Program-made: the position numbers and the translations under genes
The notes under the pieces: generated by a model
The model's input: only the letters and a program-made list of their open reading frames with translations
Database searches by the model: none
What the model was told of the DNA's origin: nothing
Shown here: positions 50,879 to 60,180 of the stretch, piece after piece
Position numbering within the stretch: position 1 is the first letter of the stretch
How the letters are laid out: every line of letters begins with the position of its first letter
Source: an uncultured delta proteobacterium
Lineage (GTDB): Bacteria; Desulfobacterota; Binatia; Binatales; Binataceae
Direction of reading: 5' to 3'
Length of the DNA: 64,000 nt
NCBI GenBank assembly: GCA_963808235.1
Contig: CAWEEQ010000004.1
Span: 960,001-1,024,000 of the forward strand

Positions 50879-51054
50879 AGCATGCCGGGAGTGCGGGGGC
50901 GTTTTTTAGAAAGTACAGCTGCGCTGCCTTGTTGCGCCATTAGCACAGAGTCTTCGAACGCAGACACGATCTCATTCTCTGCCTTGTCTTTCGGTAGGCG
51001 CGAGTGGTATTGCGATTGCGCGGTTCAGCGTACTGAAAAGGGAGGGTCGAGACG

Positions 51055-52386
51055 TTGGGCATACACAACCTCGTTGTCGCCGACCGGCGGACCACCGCTC
51101 AGAAACATCGGTTTCCGCGACCGTCGCGGCTCTCGAGGCAGGTGGTTATTGCCCTGTTCGCGCTGACCGCGACGGTGGTTTGTACGGGGTGCGTACCGCC
51201 TCAGTTGTTGACGCTGAGCCCGATCCTTTTGCCGCTGCTAGTCTTCCCGCTTCTTCTCTCCGGCCTATTCTACGGGTTTCTGGTCGGGGATGGATCGGGA
51301 TTTTCTCAAGTCGAAGCCCTGTTCGTATATGGCCTCTTCGGAGTTTACCTGGCGCCTTTCCTGAAGTACGTTACGCTGCTTACACGACGGGGACGCGCTA
51401 GTGTGGAGAAAGGGAAGAACCCTCTGTGGGAACACGCATACGCGGTTTCCGTGATAGACGCGGCGCTGAGTAGCTTGATCGTCCTGGGCTGCGCGAGTCT
51501 GGCCAGTTTGTACGACCAAAGTCTTCCTCCGGCGACTTACTGCGCGCTGGTAGCTTTCATTGGATTTTTCATTCTCAATTTGGGTTACAACTTTACGCGC
51601 GACGAGAAGCAGGCATTGGTCCGGGATTTTGGGAGCGATGATGCGGATCGCGAAAGTCGATTAGCTGAAGAAGGGACATTGCCGGCAGAACGGCTCGGCG
51701 GCGGAGCAAACCAGGAGGTATCGCCAGAAGTCACTCGTGCGATTAAGGAAGCGACCCCGCCGTTGCTTCTCTGGAAGACTGGACAAATTCACTACGTTCA
51801 CTTCATCCTTGCGCCCTTTATAACGGTTATGATTTGGCTGTTCGCAAAGCCTCATCTCGATATTCTGGTTTTGAACCTGGTTGTATTGTTTTCTCTGTTG
51901 GGCGTGTCAATTTTTATTCATGCCATGGTCAAAGCGTTCATTATGGCGTCGGGCAAGGTTCCGCGATTGGACGGCGCGAGTACCAGCGAATACACCCGGC
52001 TGTATCTATACCTCAGCAGAGTCCGCCTTCTCTTTCTGTACGACAATTGTCACGACCTCGCGATTGTCGCGATCCTGGGGTTCTGCGGTGGCGAGCTCCT
52101 GGGACAGCGTGACCTCGTATCAATCGTAAGACCGCTGGTCATGATAGTTCTGTGCCTTGGTGTTTTCTCGGCTTTTCTTCCTTTTTACTGGGGACAGAAG
52201 GTGGCCCTGGAGTCGGTCGTTGATGCAGCTGCTTCCGACTACAACGCCCGGGAGGCATTGCGCCGCGCTTTGTTGAAACGGGCGCCTCTTTATCCAAAAG
52301 CTCTGCCGCTGACACCTCTTCTTACCGCACTTGGTGCGGGCGGTTGTCTGACCTTCTTCGTAAAGCAGTTTCTTGGGACGAGCTAG
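51055..52386 (+). CDS. multi-pass membrane hypothetical protein
   Basis: About 9-10 hydrophobic segments; T-rich atypical codon use; start uncertain. Confidence 0.7.
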   Translation: MGIHNLVVADRRTTAQKHRFPRPSRLSRQVVIALFALTATVVCTGCVPPQLLTLSPILLPLLVFPLLLSGLFYGFLVGDGSGFSQVEALFVYGLFGVYLAPFLKYVTLLTRRGRASVEKGKNPLWEHAYAVSVIDAALSSLIVLGCASLASLYDQSLPPATYCALVAFIGFFILNLGYNFTRDEKQALVRDFGSDDADRESRLAEEGTLPAERLGGGANQEVSPEVTRAIKEATPPLLLWKTGQIHYVHFILAPFITVMIWLFAKPHLDILVLNLVVLFSLLGVSIFIHAMVKAFIMASGKVPRLDGASTSEYTRLYLYLSRVRLLFLYDNCHDLAIVAILGFCGGELLGQRDLVSIVRPLVMIVLCLGVFSAFLPFYWGQKVALESVVDAAASDYNAREALRRALLKRAPLYPKALPLTPLLTALGAGGCLTFFVKQFLGTS

Positions 52387-52409
52387 TGCCGGAATAAAGA
52401 TTCGGTGGT

Positions 52410-52608
52410 TTCTTCACTGCGCTCAGAATGACGCGAAATTGGGCGCGGCGATTCGAAACCGGAACCGGCTTCGATTGCGCGAAGCTGTCCGGAGGCCAGA
52501 AGCCAGTTCCATTGCGCGAGCGTCGCGAGCTTCGGTCAGGAGGACACATCGGCGCGAAGTCCGAGGTCCTTCCGTTGCGCGAGCGTCGCTCGCTTCGGTC
52601 GGGGTGAC
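52410..52608. repeat. REP-like end plus direct repeat copy 2 plus partial copy
   Basis: TTCTTCACTGCGCTCAGAATGAC, then near-identical copy of 50762-50878, then TCCGTTGCGCGAGCGTCG...GTGACA. Confidence 0.85.
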
Positions 52609-52838
52609 ACGAGCAAGGGAGCGCATTTGTTCGGGAGATGGTGCTGGGAAACATTTTGATTGGGTGTTGTACACAAAAAGCGTGCATACTGTGCCTTGGG
52701 GAACATGGGGCTCGTTCGGTAACGATGCTGGTGAGTCTATGCTCGTCTTAACACGCTGCGTGGCTGCTTCGTCCGTTTGCCATTGAGGATGCCTAGTATG
52801 GGCGGATGCTACGGGTTCGCGCGCGTCGAGGGGAACCA

Positions 52839-55757
52839 ATGCGCCCAGCTTTGCGGGCTCGCGCGATCATATCGAGTGTGCTTCTTGGCGCTGCGATCGC
52901 GCTCGGTACAGTTTGGGGAGTCTTGCGCGCGGGCGACGGCGACGTCATCGCCGACCGGGTGCTCGGGCAGATCGATTTTACCAAGACGGCGGTGAATTTC
53001 GTCGATTCGACCGGATTCGACGCACCGGCCGGAGTTGCGATCGACAAAGCCGCGAACCACGTCCTGGTCGCCGACACGCAGAACAACCGGGTACTCGGCT
53101 GGAAGAGCGAGTCGGCGTTCGCCTCGGGGGGGCCCGCCGACCTGGTGATTGGGCAGCCGGATTTCAATTCGTCGCGATGCAATCAGAGCGCGACGCCGAG
53201 CGCGGCGACGTTGTGCGGGCCGGTCAGCGTGGCCGTCGACTCGGCGCATCGCGTGTACATAAGCGATACCCAGAACAATCGTTTGTTAGTATTCAGCGAT
53301 CCGTTCGCGTCGTCAGTGAGTAGTGGATTTGCGGCCGGATGGGTATTCGGGCAGGGCGGGAACTTTGCGGCCAATTCGGCGAACGCGGGCGGTATCGGCG
53401 CGAACGGCCTTAACAGTCCGCAGGGTGTTGCGGTCGACGCGAATGGAAATCTGTTCGTCCTCGACGCGGGCAACAATCGGGCGCTGATATATTTCTCGCC
53501 GTTTCCGATGACGGCGATCGCCGGGCCGCCGGGGAATTTTGGCGACGCGACCGCGGACCTGGTGTTTGGGCAGGCGGGCTTTACCGGCAGTGCGTGCAAT
53601 GGCGGCGGCTCGATGACGCTCACCTCGCTGTGCATGTCGCCATTCACCGGGGCAGGACTCGCGCTCGACGGCGCGGACAATCTTTATATTGCCGATACGG
53701 AAAATAATCGCGCGCTCGAAATCAACGGGCCGTTCGGATTAGGCCAGCCCAACAACCTGACCGCGGACCTGGTGTTCTCGGGCAACAGTCTCGCGTTGCC
53801 GTCGGGCGTCGCGGTCGATTCGGTGGGCAATTTTTACGTGTCGTCGGAGCAGCACAACCAGGTTTATGAGTACACGCAGCCGGTCCCGCTCAACAGATCG
53901 GACCTGCTCAATATCAAGATTGGTCCGGGGGCGAATAATCCGAGTGCGTCGACGCTGCAATTTCCGATGGGACTTGCGCTCGATGCGACCGACAATCTCT
54001 ACGTCGCCGACCAGGCCAACAATCGCGTGCTCAAGTACATCGAGGGCAGCTCGCCGAGCAACGAGAACGCCGACGGCGCGGGCGGGCAGCGCGACACCAG
54101 CCATAACGCGCCCAACTACGTGGAGGCGATTGGAAACGACCTGCCGGCTGGTATCGCGATCGACCCTTCGTCGGCGCCGCCGCATCTGCATTTGTACGCG
54201 GCTGACACGTCGAACAATCGAGTACTGGGATGGGACGACGCGTTGTCGTTCACGGCGGCCAGGCCGGCCGATATCGCGATCGGACAGCCCGACGTTTTTT
54301 CCAATAAGTGCAACAACGGGATCGCGGCTATCGACGTGTCCGGGCTTGGCGCGGACAGCCTGTGCGGGCCGCGCGGGGTGAGCGTCGATGCAGCCGGAAA
54401 TCTCTACGTCGCGGACGCGGAGAACAATCGCGTGCTGGTCTACAACACGCCGTTCGACCCGAGCAGCGGCGAGCCGGGCGCCGGCGACGGAATCGCTGAC
54501 TTCGTTTATGGGCAGGCGGGAAGCTTCACCAGCCGGACCTGCAATCTCAAATCGGTCGGTGCGACGACGCTATGCAATCCGTTGGCGGTCGCGGTCGACA
54601 TTGGGCGCAACATCTATATAGCCGACGGAGACAACAGCCGGGTGCTCGAATTCGCGCCGCCGCATAATCCGCCGGTCAATTCAGATGCGATCGCGAACCG
54701 CGCATACGGGCAAAGTGGAGTGTCGGATTTTACTGACGCGATCTGCGCCAATGGGCAGGGCGGGAATCCGGCGCCGAGCGATCATGGAATGTGCAATCCG
54801 GGCGGTCTCGCGCTCGACGCGAGCGGCGATCTGTTCGTCGCTGATTCCGGCAACAGCCGCCTGCTGGAAATCGACGCGCCGCTGACCGGCTCGCAGAGTG
54901 CCGTGCGGGTGTTCGGGCAGGGTGACGATTTCACTGCTTCGGGATGCAATCGCGGTGCGCCGGAACCGGGCGCGGCGACATTGTGCGCGCCGGCGGGACT
55001 CACGCTCGACGTGCTCGGCGATCTGTATGTCGCCGACGTGAACAACGATCGGGTGCTCGAGTACGCGGCGCCATTCGGATCGGATCCGGCCGCCGCGATG
55101 GCGATAGGGCAGGGCGATGCGGGCAGTTTCACGACTTCGGGATGCAATCGAGGAATCGAGCCGGCTGACGTGCTCGGACTCGGCGCGGACAGCCTCTGCA
55201 TGCCCGCCGCAGTGGCCGTCGACGCGTCGATCGATCTCTATGTCGCCGACTCCGCGAACAACCGGATCCTCGAGTACGACCAAGTCGTCCCGCTGCCGAC
55301 TCCCACGGCCACCGCGACTGCGACTGCGACCGCGACGCCGACCGCATCGGTATCGCCGACTGCGACCGCCACTCCGACCGCGACCGCATCCGCCACGCTG
55401 ACTGCGACCGAGACACCCACCGCCACGCAGACACCGCGCATCGGGGGAAAACTCAAGCTCAAGCCCAAGTCGATCAATTTCGGAAAGGTGCGCGTCGGCA
55501 GTACGTCGACGAAGCATACGGTGCAAATCAAAAATGCGGGCACCGTCGCGCTGACCGGCGCGGTCGCGATGCCCGGGGCGCCATTCCCGGTCAGTAGCGG
55601 GGGCGGAATGTTCAGCGTCGCTCCGAAGGGTTCGCAAGCGGTGACGATTCAATTTGTGCCTATTTCAGCGGGATTGGTGAAGGCTACGGTCAATATAACC
55701 AGCAGCGACCCGAAGCATCGGACGGTGGTAGTGAAGCTCAAGGGTACCGGGCAGTAA
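52839..55757 (+). CDS. secreted NHL-repeat protein with Pro/Thr stalk and C-terminal Ig-like (choice-of-anchor D type) domain
   Basis: Many P.GVAVD..GNLYVAD..NNRVL repeats, AD.V.GQ motifs, TATATPT linker, INFGKV...IKNAG...SSDP. Confidence 0.88.
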   Translation: MRPALRARAIISSVLLGAAIALGTVWGVLRAGDGDVIADRVLGQIDFTKTAVNFVDSTGFDAPAGVAIDKAANHVLVADTQNNRVLGWKSESAFASGGPADLVIGQPDFNSSRCNQSATPSAATLCGPVSVAVDSAHRVYISDTQNNRLLVFSDPFASSVSSGFAAGWVFGQGGNFAANSANAGGIGANGLNSPQGVAVDANGNLFVLDAGNNRALIYFSPFPMTAIAGPPGNFGDATADLVFGQAGFTGSACNGGGSMTLTSLCMSPFTGAGLALDGADNLYIADTENNRALEINGPFGLGQPNNLTADLVFSGNSLALPSGVAVDSVGNFYVSSEQHNQVYEYTQPVPLNRSDLLNIKIGPGANNPSASTLQFPMGLALDATDNLYVADQANNRVLKYIEGSSPSNENADGAGGQRDTSHNAPNYVEAIGNDLPAGIAIDPSSAPPHLHLYAADTSNNRVLGWDDALSFTAARPADIAIGQPDVFSNKCNNGIAAIDVSGLGADSLCGPRGVSVDAAGNLYVADAENNRVLVYNTPFDPSSGEPGAGDGIADFVYGQAGSFTSRTCNLKSVGATTLCNPLAVAVDIGRNIYIADGDNSRVLEFAPPHNPPVNSDAIANRAYGQSGVSDFTDAICANGQGGNPAPSDHGMCNPGGLALDASGDLFVADSGNSRLLEIDAPLTGSQSAVRVFGQGDDFTASGCNRGAPEPGAATLCAPAGLTLDVLGDLYVADVNNDRVLEYAAPFGSDPAAAMAIGQGDAGSFTTSGCNRGIEPADVLGLGADSLCMPAAVAVDASIDLYVADSANNRILEYDQVVPLPTPTATATATATATPTASVSPTATATPTATASATLTATETPTATQTPRIGGKLKLKPKSINFGKVRVGSTSTKHTVQIKNAGTVALTGAVAMPGAPFPVSSGGGMFSVAPKGSQAVTIQFVPISAGLVKATVNITSSDPKHRTVVVKLKGTGQ

Positions 55758-55958
55758 GAAGCGCGTGGATGTGATTCTATTTGCTACAGTGTTTTTCCTT
55801 GCGCCAAAACGCGCATGATGGTACTCATTCCCCTGTCCGCGATCATCTGACCACATACCTGATTTGGGGGAATCCCGGCGCCCGCCGCGCCACTTTCGGC
55901 GTCTTCGCTATGAGGTCATAGACGGTCGAGGCGTTTTTCTCGAGGGGAGGATCGTTTC

Positions 55959-58900
55959 ATGGCCAGGGGGACTTCTTCGGTTTCGCGCCACGCGCGGATC
56001 ACGCTCGGGTCGATGGTTGTCGCGGCGACTGCGGTGGTCGCAATCGTAGTTGCTTCATCGAGTCCGGCGAAATTCAAATCACAAATCGCAGCCGCGAACG
56101 TGCAAAGCGCGGCTTCCGATTCGGCTGCCGATAGCGCTGCGATCCAGGCCGAGGAGATCGCGAAGGCCAAGGGCATGATTGCCTCGATGCCGACTTACTT
56201 CGAGGCGAATCGCGGCCAGACCGATCCCAGCGTCCGCTATCTCTCACGCTCGGGACGATACTCGATGTACCTCACCGACGATGCGACGGTCATCTCGATG
56301 GTCGGCGGGACGATTCACAAAAGCCCGCTGCTCGCGAGCTCGAAACTGCAGGCTGAGAAGCTGGTCGAATCGGCGGTGCGAATCCGGATGGTCGGCGCGA
56401 ATCCTCATCCGAAGGTCACAGGCCTGGAACCGCTGCCGGGGCGAATCAACTATCTGATCGGCGATCAGTCGCACTGGCATAGGAACATTCCAACTTACTC
56501 GCGGGTGAAATTCGCGGGCGTCTATCCGGGCGTTGACGTGATCCATTATGGAGTCGGCGACACGCTCGAGGACGACATCGTGGCGGCGCCGCACGCGGAC
56601 GCGTCGCGAATCAAACTTGGGATCGAAGGTAACGCTGATACGTTGATCGACAAGGACGGCAATCTGCAAATTTTGACGCCGGCCGGCGTGGTGGCGATGC
56701 GCAAGCCGAGCATCTATCAGCGCAACCACGACGGCAGCCGCACTTCCGTCGCGGGCTCGTTCGCGCTGTCGAAGGCATCCACGATCGAAAAGGGCGTGCG
56801 ACGACGCGAGGTCGCGATTCAGCTCGCCGCGTACGACCATTCGCGCGAGCTGGTGATCGATCCGGTGGCATCGATCCTGATTTACTCGACCTTCCTGGGC
56901 GGCGGCGCGCAGAACCAGGGCCCGGTGAACCTCGAGCAATTCGGCGGAGTGACCGGCGGGAATGCGATCACGGTTGCGGACACTGGATTGGACGTCGCGC
57001 TCGACTCGACCAATCATGCCTACGTAACCGGCACCGTATACTCGACTAATTTTCCGACTTCCGCGGGCGCGTTCCAGACCACGCTCGGCAGCGCGGGCGT
57101 GGGCTCGACGCCGAATCAGAATCCCAACGCCTATGTCTCGAAATTTGACACCACCGCGGCAGGCGCGGCGTCGCTTGCCTACTCGACCTATATCGGCGCC
57201 GAGGGTAACACCACCGCGCAGGGCACCGGAGACGGCGACCTGGCATTCGGTATCGCGGTGGACGCCAGCGGACAGGCGTTCATCGTCGGGCAGACCTACT
57301 CGGGCAACGCAAATTCGAGCGGGCCGGATTTTCCCGGGGTCGCCTCGTGCGGAACGTTCGGCACCACCGGAAAGAATAACGGCGGCGCCGCGAGCACCAA
57401 CGTCGGCTTCGTAAGCAAAGTGGCGTCGAACGGCGACTCGCTGATTTTTTCCTGCTATATCCCCGGTTCCGAAAACGCCACCGAGTCCCGCGTCGTCCTG
57501 TACCCGGCCGGATGCGGGACCACTACCTGCCAGGCCTACATATCGGGCTCGACCCAAAGCACGGCCGCCCAGGGATGGCCGGTCACCGCTGCGACTGCAT
57601 TCCAAACGGATCTGCTGGCCACCGGCGGCAAGAGCAACGCGACTTTTATCGTGTTGCATCCTGACGCTTCGAAACTCGACTACGCTACCTACTATGGCGG
57701 GAGCGGCAACGGCACGAACGCGGATGCCGGGATCGCCGTCGCGGTTGACGGGAGCGGTAACGGCTACATCACCGGCGCGACATTCTCGAGCGACTTGACG
57801 ACCAAGAACGCCGCATTCACTACCTATGACGGCAATGTGCAATCTCCGCCGACCAGCAACGCCTTCGTCGCTGAATTCAACCCGAACAATACGGGAGCCG
57901 CTTCGCTGATCTACGCCACCTACCTTGGCGGCACCGGCGCGAGCGGCACCATCACCATCACTTCCCCGATATCGCAAAAGATTACGATCAACGTCGGCGA
58001 CATCGGCGATGGAATCATCGTCGATCCTACTACCGGCATCTGGGTGAGCGGTCTGACCGCATCGCTCGACTTTCGCGGCATCCCCGGCAACACCGGCACT
58101 TCCTTCCAATCTCACAACGAAGCCGGAAGCCATACCGATTGCTCCCCCGATAACACCGCGAATCCTCCGGCCACGGCTGTCTTCGCGATGCAACTAAAGA
58201 CGGCCAACGCCGGTTCGGCTCAGGTTCAATATGCCACCTATTTCGGTGGATGCGGCGTCAGGGTGACCGTGCCACCGCCGTTTACCGCAACCGGTTCGCT
58301 CGGATTCGGAGACGCAGGCATCGATCTGAAAGTGCTCGGCAGTAAGATCTACCTTACCGGCGCCACCACCAGCGGCACCAGCGCGGGACATGATTTCCCG
58401 CTCAGCAACAACGCGAAAGCCTGCAACACCCCGTTCCGTCTCGATGACAATCAGAGCGCCGGCCTCGGCATCGGCAATTTCTCCAATATCGTCCCGCTGG
58501 TGGCCTTCGCCAGCGAGCTCGATACCTCGCAGAGTACGCTTGCGAACGAGCTGGTTTTTTCGACCCTGTTAGGCGGGTCCGGGTTAGCCGATATCGGTGG
58601 AGGTCTCGCGGTCGACTCGAACGGGAACATCGTGGTGGCGGGACTCACCTATTCAACTGACTTTCCGATCACGCCCAATGCGTTCCAGTTCAAAAACAAG
58701 GGCAACAATCATAGCTCGACCAACGCATTCCTGACCGTGATCGATCCGACCGGGAGCACCTGTCCGACCCCGTTCCCAACCCCGACTGCATCTCCGACCT
58801 CGACCGGCGTGACGCCGACGCCAACCCCGACCGCGACTGTAACGGCGACCGCATCTGCAACGGCGACCGCGTCCAGGACGGCGACAGCAACCGCGACCTC

Positions 58901-59744
58901 GACTGCAACCGCAAGCAGGACGGCGACAGCAACTGCGACATCGACTGGATCAGCAACGCCGACGGCTACTGCAACCGCAACCAAGACGGCGACAGCAACC
59001 GCGACATCGACCGGATCGGCGACGCCGACCGCAACTGCGACTGCAACCAGGAGTGCGACCGCAACCGCGACGTCGACCGGATCGGCAACGCCGACGGCGA
59101 CTGCAACCGCAAGCAGGACGGCGACAGCAACCGCGACATCGACTGGATCGGCAACGCCGACGGCGACTGCAACTGCGTCCAGAACGGCGACAGCAACTGC
59201 AACGTCGACTGGATCGGTCACGCCGACTGCAACCGCAACTGCGTCCAGGACGGCGACTGCGACCGCGACATCAACTGGATCGGTTACGCCGACCGCGACT
59301 GCAACGGCGACCAGAACGGCGACGGCAACTGCAACGTCGACTGGATCGGTAACACCGACCGCAACCGCGACTGCGACCGCAACGGCAACTCACACGGCGA
59401 CGGCGACTCCAACCATGACTCCAACCGGAGTGCCGCCGCATATCACGGTTGAGCCGCGCAAACTAAAGCTGAAGACCACCGGCGACGCGGCAGTGGACGG
59501 AGAATTCGTGGTCGGCAATACCGGCTCGAGTCCGCTCAATGTGACCATAACCGGGCCCAAGCATAATCCGCCATTCTCGATCTTTAGCGGCAGCGCTTTC
59601 ACGGTCGAGCCGAGCGCGCAAAGCACCGTGATAATCACCTTCGCGCCGAGCAAAAAGGGCACCACGGATGACAAGCTCAATTTCAAGAGCAACGATAAGA
59701 AACATCCGAAGATAAGGGTGAGCCTGATCGGAATATCGAAATGA
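55959..59744 (+). CDS. secreted SBBP-repeat beta-propeller protein with long Thr/Ala stalk and C-terminal Ig-like domain
   Basis: FEANRGQTD, YPGVD, LVIDP..IYSTFLGG, IAVD..G.AY.TG.T.S..FP repeats. Confidence 0.88.
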   Translation: MARGTSSVSRHARITLGSMVVAATAVVAIVVASSSPAKFKSQIAAANVQSAASDSAADSAAIQAEEIAKAKGMIASMPTYFEANRGQTDPSVRYLSRSGRYSMYLTDDATVISMVGGTIHKSPLLASSKLQAEKLVESAVRIRMVGANPHPKVTGLEPLPGRINYLIGDQSHWHRNIPTYSRVKFAGVYPGVDVIHYGVGDTLEDDIVAAPHADASRIKLGIEGNADTLIDKDGNLQILTPAGVVAMRKPSIYQRNHDGSRTSVAGSFALSKASTIEKGVRRREVAIQLAAYDHSRELVIDPVASILIYSTFLGGGAQNQGPVNLEQFGGVTGGNAITVADTGLDVALDSTNHAYVTGTVYSTNFPTSAGAFQTTLGSAGVGSTPNQNPNAYVSKFDTTAAGAASLAYSTYIGAEGNTTAQGTGDGDLAFGIAVDASGQAFIVGQTYSGNANSSGPDFPGVASCGTFGTTGKNNGGAASTNVGFVSKVASNGDSLIFSCYIPGSENATESRVVLYPAGCGTTTCQAYISGSTQSTAAQGWPVTAATAFQTDLLATGGKSNATFIVLHPDASKLDYATYYGGSGNGTNADAGIAVAVDGSGNGYITGATFSSDLTTKNAAFTTYDGNVQSPPTSNAFVAEFNPNNTGAASLIYATYLGGTGASGTITITSPISQKITINVGDIGDGIIVDPTTGIWVSGLTASLDFRGIPGNTGTSFQSHNEAGSHTDCSPDNTANPPATAVFAMQLKTANAGSAQVQYATYFGGCGVRVTVPPPFTATGSLGFGDAGIDLKVLGSKIYLTGATTSGTSAGHDFPLSNNAKACNTPFRLDDNQSAGLGIGNFSNIVPLVAFASELDTSQSTLANELVFSTLLGGSGLADIGGGLAVDSNGNIVVAGLTYSTDFPITPNAFQFKNKGNNHSSTNAFLTVIDPTGSTCPTPFPTPTASPTSTGVTPTPTPTATVTATASATATASRTATATATSTATASRTATATATSTGSATPTATATATKTATATATSTGSATPTATATATRSATATATSTGSATPTATATASRTATATATSTGSATPTATATASRTATATATSTGSVTPTATATASRTATATATSTGSVTPTATATATRTATATATSTGSVTPTATATATATATHTATATPTMTPTGVPPHITVEPRKLKLKTTGDAAVDGEFVVGNTGSSPLNVTITGPKHNPPFSIFSGSAFTVEPSAQSTVIITFAPSKKGTTDDKLNFKSNDKKHPKIRVSLIGISK
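58770..59430 (+). repeat. coding tandem repeat encoding (TATATATSTGS[A/V]TPTATATA[S/T]R)n
   Basis: About 7 units of about 20 aa with synonymous divergence. Confidence 0.9.
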
Positions 59745-59876
59745 TCGTTGCCGGGCAGGCGCGCTAAGCGCGCGCCGAATCAAATCGCGCGCAAAGAGGG
59801 GCGGCCGAACAGCCGCCTCTCTTTTTTCGCTTGTGAGTTTTTCAGTCCCTAACAGACTCCGCGCCCTCTCTTACGA

Positions 59877-59997
59877 TTGTTCCCCTTCCACTAGGGGAAG
59901 GGGTTAGGGGTTAGGTTTGCACGCGTCGTTCGCAAAGCACGCATCGCACGCGTGCGCTTTCCTTATGTCATTCTGAGCGCAGCGAAGAACCCGGATC
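59877..59997. repeat. composite intergenic repeat (as at 32574)
   Basis: TTGTTCCCCTTCCACTAGGGGAAGGGGTTAGGGGTTAGG...CGTTCGCAAAGCACG...TGTCATTCTGAGCGCAGCGAAGAA. Confidence 0.88.
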
Positions 59998-60120
59998 TTT
60001 TTCGACGCTCGCCATCACCACGCCCTGCTGACATTCAGTCAACACGCGCATCGATTCTCCCTCTCCGCGTAGGCCCGCGGCGTCCCATTAGCAACGTTAA
60101 TCTTCCGGATCGCCACGAAA

Positions 60121-60180
60121 GTTCAGGGATGAACTGTTCAGCCTTATGGCTTCCGCGATCGCGGCGCACAATGCCCCTCG
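60121..60180 (+). promoter_or_regulatory. putative activator-dependent late promoter
   Basis: Dyad TGAAC-T-GTTCA (60130-60140) and CACAAT -10-like box (60167-60172) just before protease ATG. Confidence 0.35.

Noticed and set aside
56244-58193. 649-aa antisense ORF and many similar overlapping ORFs
   Set aside because: Shadow frames of GC-rich coding sequence with no motifs.
58770-59430. DGR template/variable repeat or CRISPR-like repeat
   Set aside because: In-frame low-complexity stalk with synonymous variation; no reverse transcriptase in the window.
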